A stretch of DNA of 64,000 bases, taken from Flavobacteriales bacterium. GTDB taxonomy: Bacteria > Bacteroidota > Bacteroidia > Flavobacteriales > Flavobacteriaceae. The position numbers and the translations under genes are program-made. The notes under the pieces were generated by a model. That model was not told the DNA's origin. It did not search any database and was given only the letters and a program-made list of their open reading frames with translations. The stretch lies in NCBI GenBank assembly GCA_038233835.1, contig JBBSVD010000002.1:1663-65662 (forward strand), in the 5' to 3' direction. Positions 1 to 10,705 of the stretch are shown here, in pieces (within the stretch, counting starts at the first letter, position 1; each line of letters starts with the position of its first letter).

Positions 1-76
1 ACTGCGGACTGATTTGAGCATGTAATTTTGGAATCCCAAAACAGACAAAAAGGATAATTATTTTTTTGAGTAACAT
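1..76 (-). CDS. 5' part of an exported protein that runs off the window start
   Basis: Hand translation from ATG at 76: MLLKKIIILFVCFGIPKLHAQISPQ, a signal peptide with an A|Q cleavage site; divergent from msrA. Confidence 0.6.
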   Translation of the reverse strand, partial: MLLKKIIILFVCFGIPKLHAQISPQ

Positions 77-221
77 AAATAAATTCTTCTGTAAAATCTA
101 AGACATTTAGTCAACTGCAACATTACAAAAGAATTAGTGAATTTTCAATAGAACCCAATTAATAGTTAAAAATTAAATCTTGTTCAATAATTAGTTATTT
201 TTGTTAAACATTTGTAGTTAT

Positions 222-773
222 ATGGAAAATACAACAGAACAAATTGCAACCTTGGCTGGAGGTTGTTTTTGGTGTACCGAAGCAGTATTTGAAAGGGTAA
301 AGGGAGTTACTAAGGTTATTCCCGGATTTACGGGAGGCACGATCAAAAATCCAGCCTATAGAGAAATTACTTCAGGTAGAACTGGTCATGCCGAGGCTAT
401 TGAAATTCATTTTAATTCTGATATAGTTTCGTTTGAAGAACTATTATTAATTTTCTTTAGCACTCATGATCCTACAACCCTAAATAGGCAGCAATATGAT
501 TCTGGAACGCATTACAGAAGTGCTATCTTTTATCATACTGAAGAACAAAAAGAAATAGCAGAAGTTGTAGTTAAGCAATTAGAGTCTAATAAAATTTTTA
601 ATGATCCTATAGTTACAGAAATCACTAAAGCAGCTCCCTTTTATGAAGCTGAAGTAGAGCATAAGGAATATTATTCCAATAACAGGCAACAGCAATATTG
701 CCAAGTGATTATAGATCCAAAGATCAAGAAACTAAAACAACTTTTTTCAGACAAATTAAAAAAGACCCACTAG
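222..773 (+). CDS. msrA: Peptide-methionine (S)-S-oxide reductase MsrA
   Basis: [25 protein letters not shown] and YRSAIF motifs; ATG 222 preferred over TTG 201. Confidence 0.95.
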   Translation: MENTTEQIATLAGGCFWCTEAVFERVKGVTKVIPGFTGGTIKNPAYREITSGRTGHAEAIEIHFNSDIVSFEELLLIFFSTHDPTTLNRQQYDSGTHYRSAIFYHTEEQKEIAEVVVKQLESNKIFNDPIVTEITKAAPFYEAEVEHKEYYSNNRQQQYCQVIIDPKIKKLKQLFSDKLKKTH

Positions 774-777
774 TAGG

Positions 778-1371
778 ATGTATAGATTTTTCGAAGAGTA
801 TAACGAAGAGGTGACAGAAGATCTAACCAATAACTTCAAAAGGATAATTACAAGTTTGGGTGAGGATCCTGAGCGTGAAGGTATTTTAAAAACTCCTGAA
901 CGTGCAGCTAAAGCTATGCAATTTCTTACACAAGGATATTCTGCAGATCCTGTGAAGATTTTAAAAGATGCTATGTTTAATGAGAGTTATGATGAAATGG
1001 TTGTTGTTAAGGATATAGAGGTATATTCTTTATGTGAACACCATATGTTGCCATTTTTTGGAAAGGCACATATTGCATACATACCAAATGGAAAGATCGT
1101 GGGGTTGAGTAAAATTCCAAGAGTTGTAGATGTTTTTGCCAGAAGATTACAGGTGCAGGAACGTTTAACGCATAACATATTGGAATGTTTAAATAACACT
1201 TTAAAACCTCAAGGAGTTGCAGTGGTAATTGAGGCACAACATATGTGTATGATGATGAGAGGCGTTCAAAAACAGAATAGCGTAACTACTACTTCAGGTT
1301 TCCGAGGGCAGTTCGAAAAAACTGAAACCCGGAATGAATTCTTAAAGCTTATAAGTTCTGACCTTAAATAA
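778..1371 (+). CDS. folE: GTP cyclohydrolase I
   Basis: [25 protein letters not shown] and HMCMMMRG motifs. Confidence 0.97.
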   Translation: MYRFFEEYNEEVTEDLTNNFKRIITSLGEDPEREGILKTPERAAKAMQFLTQGYSADPVKILKDAMFNESYDEMVVVKDIEVYSLCEHHMLPFFGKAHIAYIPNGKIVGLSKIPRVVDVFARRLQVQERLTHNILECLNNTLKPQGVAVVIEAQHMCMMMRGVQKQNSVTTTSGFRGQFEKTETRNEFLKLISSDLK

Positions 1372-1415
1372 ATGGCATATTTTTTGGATTAGTCAGTATA
1401 TAAAACTAAAAACCG

Positions 1416-1721
1416 ATGAAAATCTTAAAAAATAAATTACTAATTAAAGGATTAATATATGATGCTATTGGTATGGCAACTATGGCAGTTCCTTTAATAG
1501 GTCCATTCTTGGATATTGTTTGGGCTCCTTACGCAGCTAATAAAATGACTGAAATGTATCCTGGTAAAAAAGGTAAAATAGCTTCTGTTTTGGTATTTAT
1601 TGAAGAAATACTTCCCTTTACAGATGTAATTCCGACATTTACTTTAATGTGGCTCTATACTTTTGTTTGGAGTAAAAAACCAATTCAAAATGAGTATATA
1701 ATTGAAGCTGAAGTTGTGTAA
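1416..1721 (+). CDS. Small hypothetical membrane protein
   Basis: 101-aa ORF with hydrophobic segments, co-oriented with folE and followed by a hairpin. Confidence 0.7.
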   Translation: MKILKNKLLIKGLIYDAIGMATMAVPLIGPFLDIVWAPYAANKMTEMYPGKKGKIASVLVFIEEILPFTDVIPTFTLMWLYTFVWSKKPIQNEYIIEAEVV

Positions 1722-1748
1722 TTAGTGAAATTTAAAACTTAAAATAAG

Positions 1749-1780
1749 AAAGCCTCCAAGTCAATCTTGATGGCTTTTTT
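1749..1780. terminator. Probable intrinsic terminator between convergent genes
   Basis: Imperfect stem AAAGCC...GGCTTT followed by a T run. Confidence 0.5.
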
Positions 1781-1785
1781 AATAC

Positions 1786-3999
1786 CTAAAACTTGGTTTG
1801 CAAACCTATGGAGAAATTTCTTCCCATATTAGCAATTCCATCTGCCTTTAATCTGGATAGGTGAGCTATATAATTTTTATTAAAAATGTTATTTCCGCTT
1901 ACTCTAATTTCTAATGGGAGCTTTCCAAAGTAAAAGGTGCTTCCAAATCCAGCGTTAACTAAAGAATAACCATTGGTATTTGTTTCAAAAGCACTTATTT
2001 TATTTTGGGATCCAGTAGATTTTACGGTTAAAAACGAATAATTATCATTCAATAATTTTCCGTCCTTCAATTCAATTCTCAGCGTATTAGTAAATGAAGT
2101 AGCAGGAATTAAAGGAAGATAGTCTCCATTGTCCTTTTCTCCAATTACCAATTCAAAACTACTTTCTAAATGCAGCCAGTCTATAGGATGTGGATGAATA
2201 TGAATTCCAGCCTCACCACCATATAATTTGGCATCTTCCTGTGTATAAACAAATACAGGATCTCCATTTATAAACACATTAGTTGGAGCTATAAAAATGT
2301 ATTTATTTATTTTATTATAAAATCCGTTTCCAAATAACTCAAAATGTTCATTCCTATATTCAAGAGAAAGATCGAGCTGGATATTTTGTTCATTCTCCAG
2401 ATCAGCATTTCCAATTTCATAGCGGTTGGTCCCTTCATGGGTTCCATTTGAAGTTAGTTCTGCTAAATTGGGCGCACGAAATCCTGTTGCCAGATTTATT
2501 CTTGTAACTAAATTTTTAAACATGTTGAATTTTACTCCTAAGGAACCGTTATAGCTCGAAAAGTCACGTTCTACCGGAGCAAAATAATCCTGTTCTCCGT
2601 CAATTCCATAAGCAGTAGTGTTAATATTTCTGGTATCAAACCTAATTCCTCCTTGAAGATCTATCCAATCTAAATGATAATGGGTAGTGGCAAGAATTCC
2701 AATATCTGTTGTAGAGGCGTTAGGTATTAATATTTCCTCACCAAAATTCTTATTTGTTTGAAACAAACCTTGTAACCCAATAATAGTTTCAAAATTGCCC
2801 AAATCTGGTGCATAATATTTTAGATCATAATTTAGAGTTTCTAAATGCATTTCTAAAGCTGGAATAGCAGTTTCGATTTCTTCATATTCTTTTCGGTCAT
2901 TAAAAAGGTATCCTACTTTAAAGTCTAAGCTAGAATTCTTAAGAAATAATTTATTGCTTAAACTTAGAATATGGTTATCCAACTGCTGGTAAGGCGCGAT
3001 TATTTCTTTAGATGTGGTTTGCACTCCAATTTCTTCAGGAATACCAGTATGTGTATTATTGTAATTATACCGAAGATCTCCTCTATATTTTTGATCTTGA
3101 TAGCCAATTCCAGCTTTAAGATCCTTTTCTTCAAAGCGAGAATTGGTTACTCTAATATCGTTCCCCGTGAAGAAATCGCTATGTGCTGCATAATTACCTC
3201 TAACTAAATATTTCCAGCGTTGCATAGAAGTCTTTAAACCAAGATTTGCTTCAGTTCCTATTGAATTAGTGTGGTAGGTAAGCCCTGCATCTATAGAAGT
3301 GCTATCTGCATCAGCATATTTTTCAGGATTTAAATAGAGCACTCCACCTAAGGCATCACTACCATATAGAAGTGACGCTGGGCCTTTAATAACTTCAACA
3401 CTCTCAACACCGCTTGAACTAACACCTAAGCCATGTTCATCTCCAAATTGCTGATTTTCAAGACGTACGCCTTGTGCATAAACTAAGACTCTATTAGAGC
3501 TTAATCCGCGAATTACTGGTTTACCTATTCCTGCACCCGTGGTTATACTTTCTACCCCTGCAATTTGTGTGATCCCTTCAGCTAAAGTAATAGCTCCTGT
3601 TTTCTTCAAATTTTCTAAAGTTTCACGTTCCACTTTTACTACATTTTCACTTTGTAATTTATGGAAAGGTGTAGATACTATAACCGCCTCCATTTCTATT
3701 GCTGAAGGCCTCAGTTTAATAATGATCTTTGAGTTATTTGGGACATTAATAAGATCTGTTCTTGTAGTATAACCCAGAGAGGAAATAAGTATGATATGTT
3801 TTCCTAACGGAAGATTGTTTAACTGAAAATTACCATCTAAATCTGTAATAGTTCCTTTTTCCAGTTTTGAAATATAAATGTTAGCTCCCGCCAATGGTTC
3901 ACCAGTGACTTCGTCAATTACTTGACCGCTAATAGTTGATTGAGAAAATGCAGATAGGCTTATAATGAGCAATAGTATGCTAAGGATTGTTTTTATCAT
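1786..3999 (-). CDS. TonB-dependent receptor, probably for metal uptake
   Basis: Signal peptide, N-terminal CarboxypepD_reg-like domain, plug motifs (PVIRGL, VEVIKGPASLLYGSDALGG), FRAPNLAEL, terminal F; His-containing QQFGDEHG and NGTHEG segments. Confidence 0.92.
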   Translation of the reverse strand: MIKTILSILLLIISLSAFSQSTISGQVIDEVTGEPLAGANIYISKLEKGTITDLDGNFQLNNLPLGKHIILISSLGYTTRTDLINVPNNSKIIIKLRPSAIEMEAVIVSTPFHKLQSENVVKVERETLENLKKTGAITLAEGITQIAGVESITTGAGIGKPVIRGLSSNRVLVYAQGVRLENQQFGDEHGLGVSSSGVESVEVIKGPASLLYGSDALGGVLYLNPEKYADADSTSIDAGLTYHTNSIGTEANLGLKTSMQRWKYLVRGNYAAHSDFFTGNDIRVTNSRFEEKDLKAGIGYQDQKYRGDLRYNYNNTHTGIPEEIGVQTTSKEIIAPYQQLDNHILSLSNKLFLKNSSLDFKVGYLFNDRKEYEEIETAIPALEMHLETLNYDLKYYAPDLGNFETIIGLQGLFQTNKNFGEEILIPNASTTDIGILATTHYHLDWIDLQGGIRFDTRNINTTAYGIDGEQDYFAPVERDFSSYNGSLGVKFNMFKNLVTRINLATGFRAPNLAELTSNGTHEGTNRYEIGNADLENEQNIQLDLSLEYRNEHFELFGNGFYNKINKYIFIAPTNVFINGDPVFVYTQEDAKLYGGEAGIHIHPHPIDWLHLESSFELVIGEKDNGDYLPLIPATSFTNTLRIELKDGKLLNDNYSFLTVKSTGSQNKISAFETNTNGYSLVNAGFGSTFYFGKLPLEIRVSGNNIFNKNYIAHLSRLKADGIANMGRNFSIGLQTKF

Positions 4000-4055
4000 T
4001 TTTTGAAAAAAAAGTAATTAATATAAGTAGCACTTAAGATTGCTACCACAAAGAA

Positions 4056-4382
4056 TCAAGATATTAAACAAGAGGTTGGAGGACCTCTTAGCTGAAATGA
4101 TAATTTTTGAAAATCATTTAAATAAAAATAAGAATCTGGGAATGCTTGATGAATGATGTTATTTTGGAATAACACAAACCTAGCAAAATCTAAACCAACG
4201 ATAGGAGCAGGGTGAAATTTACAGATTTTACAATCTAATGCAGATTGGTGTAGATGAGTAGTGCTATTATTATCACATCCAAATTTAAATTCGTGGGCAA
4301 AAACATGGCTATTAACAAAAAATGCAGGAAATAACAATGCGATTGTTAAACCAATAAGACCATATTTCTGAATTAAATTCAA
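4056..4382 (-). CDS. Small His/CxxC protein with near-terminal RGPP (DUF2946/CruR-like leader candidate)
   Basis: TTG start; hydrophobic N-terminus, HVFAH, THLH, CKICKFH, LRGPP near the C-terminus; ends 56 nt upstream of the TBDR start. Confidence 0.75.
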   Translation of the reverse strand: MNLIQKYGLIGLTIALLFPAFFVNSHVFAHEFKFGCDNNSTTHLHQSALDCKICKFHPAPIVGLDFARFVLFQNNIIHQAFPDSYFYLNDFQKLSFQLRGPPTSCLIS

Positions 4383-4383
4383 A

Positions 4384-4692
4384 TTAATCTTGATTTAGAA
4401 ATCGTGATAAACCAATTCTGGTAAGCATTTTCTTTTCGAAGGCCCAAAAGAATTGAAATTGACCAAATAACCAACCAAAACTAACAAGTAAAAGCTGATA
4501 AATAGGAAATATTAAAGCAATGCGAACGCTCCAGTAAATATACCAAGGAGATGTTTTTTTATAAATTCCAAAGAATTCGCATACAGGCGCGGCCAATTTG
4601 GTGGCAGAAGAACCCGTTATAGCGAAAACTATAAAAATTATAACAAGTTGGAAATTAGAATCTATTCCCCAACGTTCCTTTAATTTATTCAT
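4384..4692 (-). CDS. Conserved Bacteroidota membrane protein (DUF6787-like)
   Basis: LKERWGI...VFAITGSS...FGQFQFFWAFEKKML pattern; two TM segments. Confidence 0.75.
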   Translation of the reverse strand: MNKLKERWGIDSNFQLVIIFIVFAITGSSATKLAAPVCEFFGIYKKTSPWYIYWSVRIALIFPIYQLLLVSFGWLFGQFQFFWAFEKKMLTRIGLSRFLNQD

Positions 4693-4696
4693 GCTG

Positions 4697-4704
4697 CAAA
4701 TATA
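4697..4704 (-). promoter_or_regulatory. Bacteroidota -7 promoter box TATATTTG
   Basis: Matches TAnnTTTG on the minus strand, 4 nt upstream of the ATG at 4692. Confidence 0.55.
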
Positions 4705-4737
4705 TCACTTAGCACATCAATTAAAAAAAATGTAGCA

Positions 4738-5166
4738 TTATATTCGAGTAGGTACGGAAAATCGTTGGTTATATTCTCGTGAAAAGAAAACAAAATAATT
4801 ATATAGCATATAATTTACCTCATATCCATAGTCTACAAAATTATCATAATTTATTTCCTGAATATATAAATTTGAGTTGTAAGTAAAAGGTTGTCTTACT
4901 CTGCTATTGTATTCTTGAACCAAAAATTTATTCTTACTCTCTAAATAGGATTGTGAATAAAAGCCACGAGTTTTGGCGATACTATTGACGAAAAGGTTGA
5001 AACCAGGTTCTATAATAATGATCTCATATTCTAAACTATCATTTGCAATTCGAACAGTATCATTAGCCGTTGCAGTGACTTCTTTTTTTGAGAAATCTCT
5101 ATCCTTGGTAGATCCACATCCATAGATTAGTAATCCAGCAAATACTATATATAGTAAATTTTTCAT
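4738..5166 (-). CDS. Conserved lipoprotein (DUF6146-like)
   Basis: Lipobox-like IYGC; EYEIIIIEPGF and DYGYEVNYMLYNYF pattern. Confidence 0.75.
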   Translation of the reverse strand: MKNLLYIVFAGLLIYGCGSTKDRDFSKKEVTATANDTVRIANDSLEYEIIIIEPGFNLFVNSIAKTRGFYSQSYLESKNKFLVQEYNSRVRQPFTYNSNLYIQEINYDNFVDYGYEVNYMLYNYFVFFSREYNQRFSVPTRI

Positions 5167-5313
5167 GAGTTATATTTTTAAAATAACCTCAAAGACTGTT
5201 CCCAAGGCTTTCCTTAGACAATATACTTCAATAATTTAGAAGGTATAATCCTGTATAGCAGAAATTGTGATTTTTGCTATTTAATTTATAATAAAAGGAT
5301 CGCTTATAACTGG

Positions 5314-5352
5314 AAGAACCTTCTAAAAACTTAATTTTAGAAGATTCTTTTT
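5314..5352 (-). terminator. Hairpin downstream of serA
   Basis: CTTCTAAAA...TTTTAGAAG inverted repeat just past the serA stop. Confidence 0.4.
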
Positions 5353-5372
5353 ATAATAGAGAGTAATAATTT

Positions 5373-6335
5373 TTAAACTTTTTCCTCTTTCATTAATTCA
5401 ATAATTTGTTCTGCTAGTTCAATTCCAATACGATCTTGTGCTTCCAAGGTGGCAGCACCAATATGTGGAGTTAAAGAAATTCGCTCGTTCATCAGTACTT
5501 TAAGCGCAGGCTCGGGTTCATTATCATATACATCTAATCCTGCGAAAGAGATCTTTCCTTTCTCTAAAGCTTCTAAAAGAGCATCTTCATTAATTAACCC
5601 ACCTCTCGAAGTATTGATAATTCCAACACCATCTTTCATTTGCTCTATTTCTTTTCTTCCTATAATAGCTCTAGCTTGTGCAGGAACATGAATAGTAATA
5701 AAATCTGCATGTTTGATCAATTCAGAAACCGGTTCTGTTTTAATTGGAATAGTAATAGTCTGGTCATTATAAAAATTAAGAGTAATAGCTACTTCACCTA
5801 CTTCTTTGTTACTAGCAATTACCTTCATGCCCACACCCAGTGCTAATTTAGCAACCTCTGTTCCAATTCTTCCCAATCCAATGATCCCTAAAGTTTTTCC
5901 GCGCAATTCTGTTCCAGCAGAATAATTTTTCTTTAGATCTTTAAAATGAGAATCTCCCGAAAGTGGCATATTTCTATTGGAATCGTGTAAATAACGTACG
6001 CCTCCAAAAAGGTGTCCAAATACTAATTCTGCCACAGAGCCTGAACTAGCAGCGGGAGTATTTATTATTTTTAGGTTTTTGCTACGGGCATAGGAAACAT
6101 CTATATTATCCATTCCTACACCACCACGACCAATAATTTTCAAACTTGGGCAGGCATCAATAAGTTCTTTTCTAACTTGCGTAGCACTGCGAACCAGTAA
6201 TACTTTAACTTTTTCTTCATTGATAAAATTCTTAAGTTGCTCCTGAGCCACTTTTGTAGTGATCACTTCAAAACCAGCTTTTTTCAAGGCTTTTACACCA
6301 CTTTGAGAAATACCATCGTTTGCTAATACTTTCAT
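5373..6335 (-). CDS. serA: D-3-phosphoglycerate dehydrogenase (D-2-hydroxyacid dehydrogenase)
   Basis: GRGGVGMDNID, GIIGLGRIG, INTSRGG, LDVY and TPHIGAAT motifs; follows serC. Confidence 0.9.
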   Translation of the reverse strand: MKVLANDGISQSGVKALKKAGFEVITTKVAQEQLKNFINEEKVKVLLVRSATQVRKELIDACPSLKIIGRGGVGMDNIDVSYARSKNLKIINTPAASSGSVAELVFGHLFGGVRYLHDSNRNMPLSGDSHFKDLKKNYSAGTELRGKTLGIIGLGRIGTEVAKLALGVGMKVIASNKEVGEVAITLNFYNDQTITIPIKTEPVSELIKHADFITIHVPAQARAIIGRKEIEQMKDGVGIINTSRGGLINEDALLEALEKGKISFAGLDVYDNEPEPALKVLMNERISLTPHIGAATLEAQDRIGIELAEQIIELMKEEKV

Positions 6336-6385
6336 GCTTTTTATTCTAATTTATACTTTTCAAATATTCAAAAAAGGAAATATTT

Positions 6386-7450
6386 TTATGCTTTTCTTTC
6401 CAAGTCACTCATAACATCTACCAAAACCTGAACGCTTTTTAATGGTAATGCATTATACATTGAAGCTCTGTAACCTCCAACGCTTCTATGACCATTCAAT
6501 CCATTTATTCCTGCTTTTTTGCACATTGCATCAAATTCATCTTTCAAGGAATCATTAGTAAGATTAAAGGTGGCATTCATGATAGATCTGTCTGCGGTTG
6601 CAGTATAGCCTTTAAACAATGGATTAATATCGATTTCAGAATAAAGCAATGCTGCTTTTTTCTCATTCTTTTCTTCAATAGCCTTAATTCCGCCTTCTTC
6701 CTTTAACCACTTTAGAGTTAGATAAGATACATATACTGGATAAACAGCAGGAGTGTTGTACATGCTATCTTTTTCTATGTGTACTTTATAATCTAACATA
6801 GATGGAATTTGTCTGTTAACTTTTCCTAGAAGATCTTCTTTCACAATTACTAATGTTGTTCCTGCTGGACCCATATTCTTTTGTGCACCAGCATAAATCA
6901 AATCGAATTTAGAAAAATCTAAAACGCGAGAAAATATATCACTACTCATATCGCAAACCATAGGTTTTGGAGTAGTTGGAAAGACCTTCATTTGAGTTCC
7001 GAAAATGGTGTTGTTACTAGTACAATGAAAATAATCTACATCTGTAGGAATCATATATCCTTTAGGGATATAGTTAAAGTTCTTATCTTCTGAAGATGCA
7101 ACCACATTAACCTCACCAAACATCTTAGCTTCTTTTATGGCTTTACTAGACCATGTTCCGGTATTTAAATAAGCCGCTTTTTTCTCCATAAGATTATAAG
7201 CAACCATTAAAAATTCTAAACTTGCCCCACCTTGAAGGAACAATGCTTTATATCCTTTTCCTTCTAATCCCAAAAGCTCCAATGCAAGGTTTCTTGCATC
7301 CTCCATAACAGCTACAAAATCCTTACTTCTGTGAGAGATTTCCAAAATGGATAATCCAGAATTATTGAAATCTAAAACGGCTTGAGAAGCTTCTTGTAAA
7401 ACTTCTTGAGGAAGAATACATGGGCCAGCACTAAAATTGTGTTTTTTCAT
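6386..7450 (-). CDS. serC: Phosphoserine aminotransferase
   Basis: HNFSAGP, EISHRS, DMSSD, AGAQKNMGPAG and GHRSVGGYRASMYNA motifs. Confidence 0.97.
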   Translation of the reverse strand: MKKHNFSAGPCILPQEVLQEASQAVLDFNNSGLSILEISHRSKDFVAVMEDARNLALELLGLEGKGYKALFLQGGASLEFLMVAYNLMEKKAAYLNTGTWSSKAIKEAKMFGEVNVVASSEDKNFNYIPKGYMIPTDVDYFHCTSNNTIFGTQMKVFPTTPKPMVCDMSSDIFSRVLDFSKFDLIYAGAQKNMGPAGTTLVIVKEDLLGKVNRQIPSMLDYKVHIEKDSMYNTPAVYPVYVSYLTLKWLKEEGGIKAIEEKNEKKAALLYSEIDINPLFKGYTATADRSIMNATFNLTNDSLKDEFDAMCKKAGINGLNGHRSVGGYRASMYNALPLKSVQVLVDVMSDLERKA

Positions 7451-7597
7451 AAAAATATGGTTTGTAGCAAAGATGCTAAAAGTTCCTGTTAATTTGTGTT
7501 ATTAAAATTATAATTGCCGCTGCCAGCGCTTTGATTAAATTCTATTTGAGGTATCATTTTAACTTTCGAAATTTCTAAAATAATATCTGCAGATTTT

Positions 7598-8659
7598 TTA
7601 AATTTTTTGAAGAAATGCCAAGGTATCAATAGAATCGGCATAATCCCATAACTTAGGAAACTGAGTTTGCCCAAATTCAATTTCTGAAGGTAAGAGGTCC
7701 TTTGCGACAACACACTGCAAATTCGCCTTGTTTTCTTCTAACATTAATTTTAGTGTTTCCTTATCTGAATAGGTCTCATAAAAAAGTGTTGCAATAGGGG
7801 AGCCGAAGCTTGCATCCTCCTTCAAAACTAAAAAGCCATTATCTAACATCTTAAATTCACTCATTAGATATACAGCCTTATTATAATCATAATTATTAGC
7901 ATATTTTGCATGATTCATCAAAGAAGACCATGGCTGCTGAATAGCTTTGTAGAATGAATCAAAAATGTAATTCTCTGGCACATATAATTTAGATACACTT
8001 CTACAGCCTAATCCAAAATATCTAAAAATATCATGTGCTAAATTCTCCAGATCTTCGGTAGTTTCATCTCCGGTAAGCACTGCAACAGAATTTCTATTCT
8101 TTCTAATGATCGCAGCTTTATTGGCAAAATAATATTCAAAATATCTAGAAGTATTGTTGCTACCGGTGGCAATTACGGCTTCAAAATTATTCATTCGTCC
8201 ATCTGTAAATTCGATTTTTGATTTATAATAAGGATCTAAAGCAATTAAATATTCTGCAAGGATGGGCAACAGCTTCATGTCATTAGAAGATTGCTTTACC
8301 AACACTTTATGGCCAGAGATCAAAACTGAAATAAAATCGTGAAGACCAACCAAAGGAATGTTCCCAGCCAGAATAATACCAACGGTTTTAGAATTTGTAT
8401 TATCAAAATTATATGGTGCTAGCCATTTATCAAGATTTTCTTCAGTTAAAGCTTTACTCCAGCCTTCTAAATTGAATAAAATATTTTCTGGGGTAAACCA
8501 GCCGTTATAATGAATGGCACGTTCTATTTGTTCTTTAAAACCTTTAAAGATATCAGCATTATTTCTAACATCGCTATTTGGTTCTATCCCATCTCTTCTA
8601 AATTGGTTTAAAAATTTCCCTAATTCTAAAAAATGTGATTTTCGCTCTTGGATTGTCAT
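7598..8659 (-). CDS. Acyl-CoA reductase, LuxC-like
   Basis: AGNIPLVG, VIATGSNN and YFGLGCRSVSK motifs. Confidence 0.85.
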   Translation of the reverse strand: MTIQERKSHFLELGKFLNQFRRDGIEPNSDVRNNADIFKGFKEQIERAIHYNGWFTPENILFNLEGWSKALTEENLDKWLAPYNFDNTNSKTVGIILAGNIPLVGLHDFISVLISGHKVLVKQSSNDMKLLPILAEYLIALDPYYKSKIEFTDGRMNNFEAVIATGSNNTSRYFEYYFANKAAIIRKNRNSVAVLTGDETTEDLENLAHDIFRYFGLGCRSVSKLYVPENYIFDSFYKAIQQPWSSLMNHAKYANNYDYNKAVYLMSEFKMLDNGFLVLKEDASFGSPIATLFYETYSDKETLKLMLEENKANLQCVVAKDLLPSEIEFGQTQFPKLWDYADSIDTLAFLQKI

Positions 8660-8782
8660 AAGGCTTATTTGGTTATGAATTGTTTTGGGTTTAAATTTGT
8701 GCTGGCGAAATTAAAAGTTATAGATTTAAAATCGTCTACAAATCAGTGAAAAATTGAATCCAAATCACTGTTGATTTATTGA

Positions 8783-9157
<375 letters not shown>

Positions 9158-9173
9158 CTTTGTCTTTCAATAT

Positions 9174-9219
9174 CTTTAAATAACAAACCCCGCAGTTTTG
9201 CGGGGTTTGTTATTTAAAG
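9174..9219. terminator. Bidirectional intrinsic terminator
   Basis: Perfect 21-bp inverted repeat CTTTAAATAACAAACCCCGCA-GTTT-TGCGGGGTTTGTTATTTAAAG between convergent genes. Confidence 0.9.
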
Positions 9220-9220
9220 C

Positions 9221-10522
9221 CTAATCTTTTTTTAATTGCCGCTGAATTTTCTCTATTGCATTCTGGATAGATTTTTCAGGTTCTATAATATTGTTATTTC
9301 CCCAAAAATTTTCATCTGCAAAGCCTGAGATATCATCTAACATTATTACTGAAGGTCTTATAAAGTCTTGACTCACTTTAGGATCTTCATTTCCATAAGC
9401 TTCCCAATTAGTAACCACCATTTCACTGTTTAAGGTATAGCGAGAATTAAAGAGTTTTTTATCCCAATTCACTTTAAACTCGAGAAGCGCATTTCCATAT
9501 CCGTAATACCATTTTCCACCGCTTTGCAAATAATCTATTTGGTAATTTACATCTATTGGATAGACCGTTGCATTATTAGGTTTTCTTTTTACAAACATCT
9601 TTGCGGCAGATTCTTTATCATCTACATTTAATTTATAAGATGCTTTTAGCAAAGATTGTGTTTCAACATCTATAAAAAGTTTACCATAATACCACGGAAG
9701 CAATTTATCGACTTCTTCAAAATCTACCACATAAACGTATCTATTATTTAATTTTGTAGGCTGATCGAATTTGAATTTATACTCACTGATATTTTCAGTA
9801 TTGAACACAAAATCAGAATATTTCATTAGATCAATATAAAGCGTATTAAATGGTCCGCCTCTTAATTTTATAGCCAAGGTATCTAATCTATCATAATCGG
9901 TGCTTTTTCTTGCTTTATAAATTGAAACCAGATCTTTCTTTTTAGAACTATTTGGTTGTTTATAAATATTTATAACCGCTTCAGATAGCGATGCATTTTT
10001 TCTTCTTTTTTTAATTGTTTCTCTGTAAAAAGCAGTCATTTTAGTTGGCTGCTCAAAATAATTAGTTCCTTTTTTTTCTAGCATTGTAGAAACCAATGCC
10101 TGGGCATCTTTTGCTGTAAATATGCTCACTTCAGAAAGTTCTTCTATAGTTTCATTTAGGCTTATAGTGGTAAAATCTTTATTAAAAGAATTAAGTGAAA
10201 TGCTTTTGCTCTGGTAACCTAAAAAAGTCACTTTAACATTAGAATTTATAAGGTCTGAAGGTATCTTTAAAGAAAATTCTCCTTCACTATTAGTAACTGT
10301 AGAAATATTGCTTCCTTCTACAGTGAGCTGTGCAGAGCTAATGGCATCTCCAGTTCTAGCATCTACAACTTCTCCTTTGAAATCTAGATGTTGTAAATTA
10401 GCAGAATTCCTATTTTGCTGAAATATATAGGAGAAAGTTGAAAGTGGAACTAATGATAGTATCAATAACAAAATTATTAGTATAGTAGAATTTTTTACTG
10501 GTATTCGAGATTTTGTTTTCAT
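9221..10522 (-). CDS. Exported protein with carboxypeptidase-like regulatory domain
   Basis: Signal peptide; GEVVDARTG...TVTNSEGEFSL...FLGYQ domain; AFYRE and beta-rich C-terminal region. Confidence 0.8.
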   Translation of the reverse strand: MKTKSRIPVKNSTILIILLLILSLVPLSTFSYIFQQNRNSANLQHLDFKGEVVDARTGDAISSAQLTVEGSNISTVTNSEGEFSLKIPSDLINSNVKVTFLGYQSKSISLNSFNKDFTTISLNETIEELSEVSIFTAKDAQALVSTMLEKKGTNYFEQPTKMTAFYRETIKKRRKNASLSEAVINIYKQPNSSKKKDLVSIYKARKSTDYDRLDTLAIKLRGGPFNTLYIDLMKYSDFVFNTENISEYKFKFDQPTKLNNRYVYVVDFEEVDKLLPWYYGKLFIDVETQSLLKASYKLNVDDKESAAKMFVKRKPNNATVYPIDVNYQIDYLQSGGKWYYGYGNALLEFKVNWDKKLFNSRYTLNSEMVVTNWEAYGNEDPKVSQDFIRPSVIMLDDISGFADENFWGNNNIIEPEKSIQNAIEKIQRQLKKD

Positions 10523-10705
10523 AGCAAATAATTTAATTGCAAATCAAAATAGATCGCTATCTAAGATATTGAATTTTTTATAATTTAGTTTAACCTAGTA
10601 ATGGTTTATAATTTATGAACGAGTTGAGGATATAAATTTTATCACTAATTGTTATTAGAATCCGGATTTTCAATATCTAATAATTAATGAAATTAATTTT
10701 CACCC

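Noticed and set aside
7489-7713. 74-aa ORF between the LuxC-like gene and serC
   Set aside because: Overlaps the reductase 3' end in another frame and has no recognisable features
7598-8659. Bioluminescence (lux) operon
   Set aside because: Only a LuxC-like gene is present; no luxA, luxB, luxD or luxE in the window
9174-9219. MITE or REP element
   Set aside because: A single copy between convergent stop codons; explained as a bidirectional terminator
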